In this document: positions 60,282 through 64,000 of the stretch, piece after piece
Layout: each line of letters starts with the position of its first letter
Position numbering within the stretch: position 1 is the first letter of the stretch
From: Chrysomallon squamiferum
Lineage: Eukaryota > Animalia > Mollusca
Assembly (NCBI GenBank): GCA_012295275.1
Contig: CM022665.1
Location: forward strand, 21,204,001-21,268,000
Direction of reading: 5' to 3'
DNA length: 64,000 nucleotides
Notes under the pieces: generated by a model
Seen by the model: the letters and a program-made list of their open reading frames with translations, nothing else
What the model was told of the DNA's origin: nothing
The model's database searches: none
Made by a program: the position numbers and the translations under genes

Positions 60282-63200
60282 GGGGTTTTTTTGTTGGTTT
60301 TTTTTGGAGGGACAGATAGTTTTTCTATAGTAATTATAAGAATTAGTCTACTGTGCAGTCAAGTAATTTCTTTTTGTTTCTTTGTCATAATTTGTCTGTG
60401 TTGAATATAACAAAATGCTTAAGTATATTGTGTACACTTTCAAGTACAGACTGTTTCTATTTCTTCACTGAAGTATACTTATTGTAATATCCACCTGGTA
60501 AACACACCTTTAATACATTTCCCATCTTTCACAAATGACTGATTTATTTATGAAAATAATATGTAATTATATCCAGTAAGTTACAAAGGACTGAAATGGC
60601 AATTCTGAGTATGGCCAAGTTGAAAACAACATTTTTATGACAAGAGAATTTGTTTATTAAATTTCTAATACAAACAATGAGCTTTATTTTATTTACATTA
60701 AACATAAAAAAAAGAGCTAAAAAAACTAAAATAAATAAAACAAACCTGTTGTTTGGCTGTCTTTTGTTGTTTCAAGACTCAAATCTGGAACAGCTGGCCT
60801 AAATAAAGTAATTAATATAAATATTTTCAAAATGTGCATGTTTATTTACATATGTGTCTTTGTATGCATGTTCATTTATTAAGTTATGTGTAACTGCATG
60901 TCTTTTCATATATATTTTGTGTATATTTTTTTTGTATTATTATTATTATTATGCGTTTTTTGTTGTTCTTTTTGTTTCTACATAATATGTAAGCAATTTT
61001 ATTTTTGTATTATTATCATCATTATTATTATTATTATTATTATTAATATGCTTTTCTTGTTGTTTGTACTTGTGATGTAAGTGATTTTATTTATTATTAT
61101 TATTATATTATTAATATTATTCTTTACTGTTGTTGTTTGTAGATACGATATAAGTGATTTCATTTTTTTTTTTTCTTCTTCTTATTATTATGGTTATTTG
61201 TTGTTGTTGTTTTACATATTTTTATGATTAATTTAACACTAAGCTCCTGATGATTTCAGAAATCAAACATGTAGGTGATATTACTGAAAATCTCTTTACC
61301 TTTTACCTTCAACTTCATGTTCTTCTGATTTTTCAGATACTGTAAAAATAAAAAGAATCAAATTAATATGACACCATTTAAAACAAATAATCATTTTATA
61401 TAGCTCACTTCAAAATGAACCTGGTAATTAATGTTAGACATTATTTTGCATTTTATCGTCTAGTGGGTGAATGGATGGATGGATGGTCACTGAAGTTTAA
61501 ATTAATAAAACGATGGGCAGGATTTCTTTAAGTAATTAAATTATTTTACTTTTTGGTAAACCAGCTTATCAGTGGAAAAAATAATAATAATAATAATTAA
61601 ATAATATAAATAAATAATAACAATAAAATAATAATAATAATAATAAAATAAATAAATAATAATAATAATAATAATAACCCCAAAAAACAAATATTCCAGC
61701 AAAATTCTTGGTGCCTAAAGGTACCTAGGACAACACAATGAAAAAAAAAAAAAAGTTTTACTTTAAAAACATATATAGAATATTTTTTAAAACTTTCTTA
61801 CTATCTTCCAAGCTGTCTTTACTCATTGAAATGTCCGGGCGACTTCTACTTCTCTTTGGTGGAACCTGCAGTAAAACAAAAGAATTAAAGATTTATAATT
61901 ATTTTTTATCATAAGATGTAATAGAAATTTGTGAAAAATACTCAGAATAAATCAGCATTACTCCATTTCCCTAAGGTGGAATCAGAAGTAGCAAGAAAGA
62001 ATTAAAAAATAATAATAATCTATGAGAAGAAATGAACTTATTTCAGGGAAATACAAGAATAAATTATTAATACAAATGCTTTTAGACAAATTAATAAGGT
62101 TCTTTTTATATTAGCTTTTTAATTTAATATACATATATATTCTTTTTAATATACATAATTACATATATTATTATGAAGGTCTGAATATTTAGCTGGTTTA
62201 TGGAAAATTAGGTAAGTTTTTTTTATAATTTAAATAATTTTTATATATCATACATATTTCAGAATGAAGTCATCACTAATATCAATTTATTATCACTATT
62301 ATTATTATTATGTAACCTATTTGAAAATTAATATTATTAATTTATTAAGATATTTATGTAAGGCTTACAATTCATATGTATTCTTTTTCTGAATTGGATA
62401 ATAAATTGCTTCAAATATAGAAATGTTTTAAACTTTAAAATTATTTAACTTACTTCTAATTTACTCTGGGGTTTAGCCTTTTCTTGGTTTGTTTTCAACT
62501 TTGAGGTCGTCTCTACTGGTGATGATTTTTCATTTTTCTCCGTATAGCTTTTTTTACTTTCTGCTGCTGGTTGTTTGGATTTTAAAAAACTCTTCCCACT
62601 TTTTGTTAAACCTATGTAAAAAACATATTTTTTTACATCACTTGTTAATGTTCATCTTCTGATAATTCGGTGAAACTTTTTTTTTAGATTCAAATAGTTT
62701 GTGAAACAGACGAGAAAATAAGTGAATCTATTTGTGTTTAAAAAAATTAAATTAAAAAATAAATAATATAAAAATAAAACACTTTTAAATTTAAATTTGA
62801 TTTTTAAAACTATTTTTATATTTATTTTCTTACCCTTTCCTGCAGTTGACCTGTCCTCTTTGTCAGAATCATCATCCCACCAGGCGTCAACCTTAGGTTT
62901 CTTCTTTTTCTTTTTATGTTTTGACTGTTCAGACAAATCATCTGATGAACCAGACTGTGAAATGAATAAATAAAATCTTCAATGATTTTACTTTTCCTCT
63001 TTTGTTACTGTTCTTTTGTTTTGTTTGTTTTTTAAAATTAAATGACTTTATTCTAAATGGATAGGAAAAAGACAGTCACGATATATGAAAATGAAGAATT
63101 CGATAGGCTGTTGTGTTCTTTTGAGGGTTTTTGTACAATAATTTTTATTTATTTATTTCTTGTTGATGGGTTTTTTGATTGTTTTGTTTTGTTTGCAGTT

Positions 63201-63490
63201 TTTTTGTTGTTGTTGTTTTGTTTTGTTTTTAATCTATTTTATATTACTTTTTTAAATAACTGAATCGTTTTAATAATTATTATTACTATGATGTTTTTGT
63301 AGTAGTTCTTCTTTTTGTGTGGCTCAGATTTTGATAATTATTATTTTTGTTCTAAAATTTTGAATTAACTGTAATATCTCGTTTATGGAATTAGTCAATG
63401 TTGCAATTTAGATCTACACTGTAAAAATACCTGTCTCAGAAAAGCTTGAAATTCCTTTTCAACTTCTTCGTCTGACAATTTCTTCGACAT
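42780..63490 (-). CDS. CEP162: Centrosomal protein CEP162 (QN1/KIAA1009)-like, about 1426 aa, 31-32 coding exons
   Basis: Exons in transcript order: 63431-63490, 62834-62954, 62454-62611, 61802-61865, 61300-61339, 60746-60798, 59956-60044, 59104-59292, 58668-58704, 57654-57794, 57333-57554, 56655-56777, 55881-55981, (54731-54766 optional), 53279-53345, 52677-52850, 51924-52051, 51325-51475, 50952-51064, 50215-50462, 49363-49513, 48943-49092, 48414-48575, 47884-47967, 47350-47565, 46734-46938, 46285-46458, 45794-45981, 45088-45195, 44312-44428, 43682-43831, 42780-43040. All GT-AG and in phase. Recalled CEP162 motifs: GIDTLEE..K.RFF..LE....VDYSKLNQE, VSLLDSLDS, SSGYG, LKWYAENQELLDK, KRYPNSLPAL, FRAELDSILDVLRVLQSQGVVLPV. 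Confidence 0.93.
49646..49890 (+). mobile_element. Degenerate pogo/Tigger-type non-autonomous DNA transposon (Tigger4/Zombi-like)
   Basis: Ends CAGTTCAAG...TTCTCAACCTG, subterminal TCCGAAATCCAAAA-type repeats, and an internal block TGTATGAAATATAAATGGAATTTGTGTTCAGACTTAGATCC, all resembling my recollection of Tigger4 consensus. Flanked by (CA)n and TG/TC-rich microsatellites. Confidence 0.7.
52100..52400. repeat. About 55-bp degenerate tandem repeat (TTATGAAACAAAG..AATAAAAACAATATTT..ATTAAAATACAAACAC) in a CEP162 intron
   Basis: Direct inspection, 5-6 copies. Confidence 0.75.
55970..56176 (-). repeat. Three tandem copies of a CEP162 intron/exon acceptor junction
   Basis: Plus-strand GATGTAATCCTGAAACAAACAA (real acceptor, 55981), GATGTAATACAGAAATAAACAG (about 56077-56098) and TAATCCTGAAATAAACAA (about 56158-56175), separated by duplicated spacers ACTGAATAAT..TTACAACTAATAAT..TTAAGC-AAGTCA. 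Confidence 0.75.
56815..57130. repeat. About 35-bp degenerate minisatellite (GAAATTCAGAATCAACTGCATTAAAAGTTAGCTATAT) in a CEP162 intron
   Basis: Direct inspection, about 9 copies. Confidence 0.85.
58100..58495. repeat. Three degenerate copies of a 130-170-bp unit (GATTTCTCTAC-TGTATTTGT..CCACACATGAAAAAA..AATTATTAAAAAT)
   Basis: Direct inspection. Confidence 0.65.
59395..59453. mobile_element. Single end of a Tc1/mariner-pogo-type MITE
   Basis: Three subterminal CC(T/G/A)G-TT units ending in GACAGAGTCCATTG|TA, a CAGTGG-like TIR plus TA. No partner TIR found. Confidence 0.4.
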
Positions 63491-63827
63491 CTCGTGATCA
63501 AATGTATCCTAAGTTAATCAAAACTATAAAAAATGTAATCAAAATGTCTTCAAAAGTTCAATGAACATAATTATAATCTGATTCTAAATATTGTGCAAAA
63601 ACCTTACGCAGTATTGCACATTGTCTTTTCTTAACCAAAGTAATAAAAATAACAGTAAAGTAATTATTTCAATCAGTAAACGAAATTGTAATGATGCAGA
63701 CTACGAAATTAGGAAACAACGAAATCCGACTGTCATTTAACGGAGTACATTTTACATCATTTTTATTTAATAAAAACTGTGTTAATAAAAAGATGGTGTG
63801 TTTTGTTATAATAAAAGTATTTTTTAC

Positions 63828-64000
63828 CTAATTCATGGAAATGATTATATGCAGATTTAGTCTGACTTCATAACCAGATAAAGTTTGATTTCATAAACAA
63901 TATTTGTCTCAGCATGTTCGTAAATTTCCGCCATTATGAAAACATTCTTGATTATCATAGTGAAAGATAGTCTCGGTTCATTTAGATTGTTACCAGAAAA
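63828..64000 (-). promoter_or_regulatory. Putative CEP162 promoter and non-coding first exon
   Basis: CpGs reappear after about 63.6 kb. Minus-strand donor AG|GTAA at 63826-63827; acceptor at 63509-63510 upstream of the ATG exon; YY1-like AATGGCGG at 63928-63935; X-box-like GTTACCAGAAAA at 63989-64000, cut by the window edge. Confidence 0.55.

Noticed and set aside
61246-61276. Hammerhead-like CCTGATGATTTCAGAAATCAAACATGTAGG
   Set aside because: No correctly placed GAAA after stem II and a weak stem I. At most a decayed relic.

Overview
AT-rich, microsatellite-dense, intron-rich animal genomic DNA. It is probably a mollusc, inferred only from one recalled repeat fragment. Three spliced genes were reconstructed by hand with consistent splice sites and reading phases: ATP6V1E (V-ATPase V1 subunit E; minus; 9 coding exons; 227 aa), a CEP126-like gene (plus; about 1460 aa) and a CEP162-like gene (minus; about 1426 aa). 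ATP6V1E and CEP126 are head-to-head across about 1 kb; CEP126 and CEP162 converge tail-to-tail. Bases 1-13.3 kb have no credible coding sequence but carry CpG-retaining enhancer/promoter-like islands, whereas the gene-body introns are CpG-depleted. Most notable: a U12-type first intron in CEP126; tandem arrays of duplicated splice acceptors in both CEP genes; a SILK plus RVxF PP1-docking pair and a 13x repeat in CEP126; similar X-box/YY1/uORF leaders in both CEP genes; and non-autonomous DNA transposons, one resembling mammalian Tigger4/Zombi. Most short ORFs in the supplied track are microsatellite artefacts. All homology calls are from memory; no searches were run.
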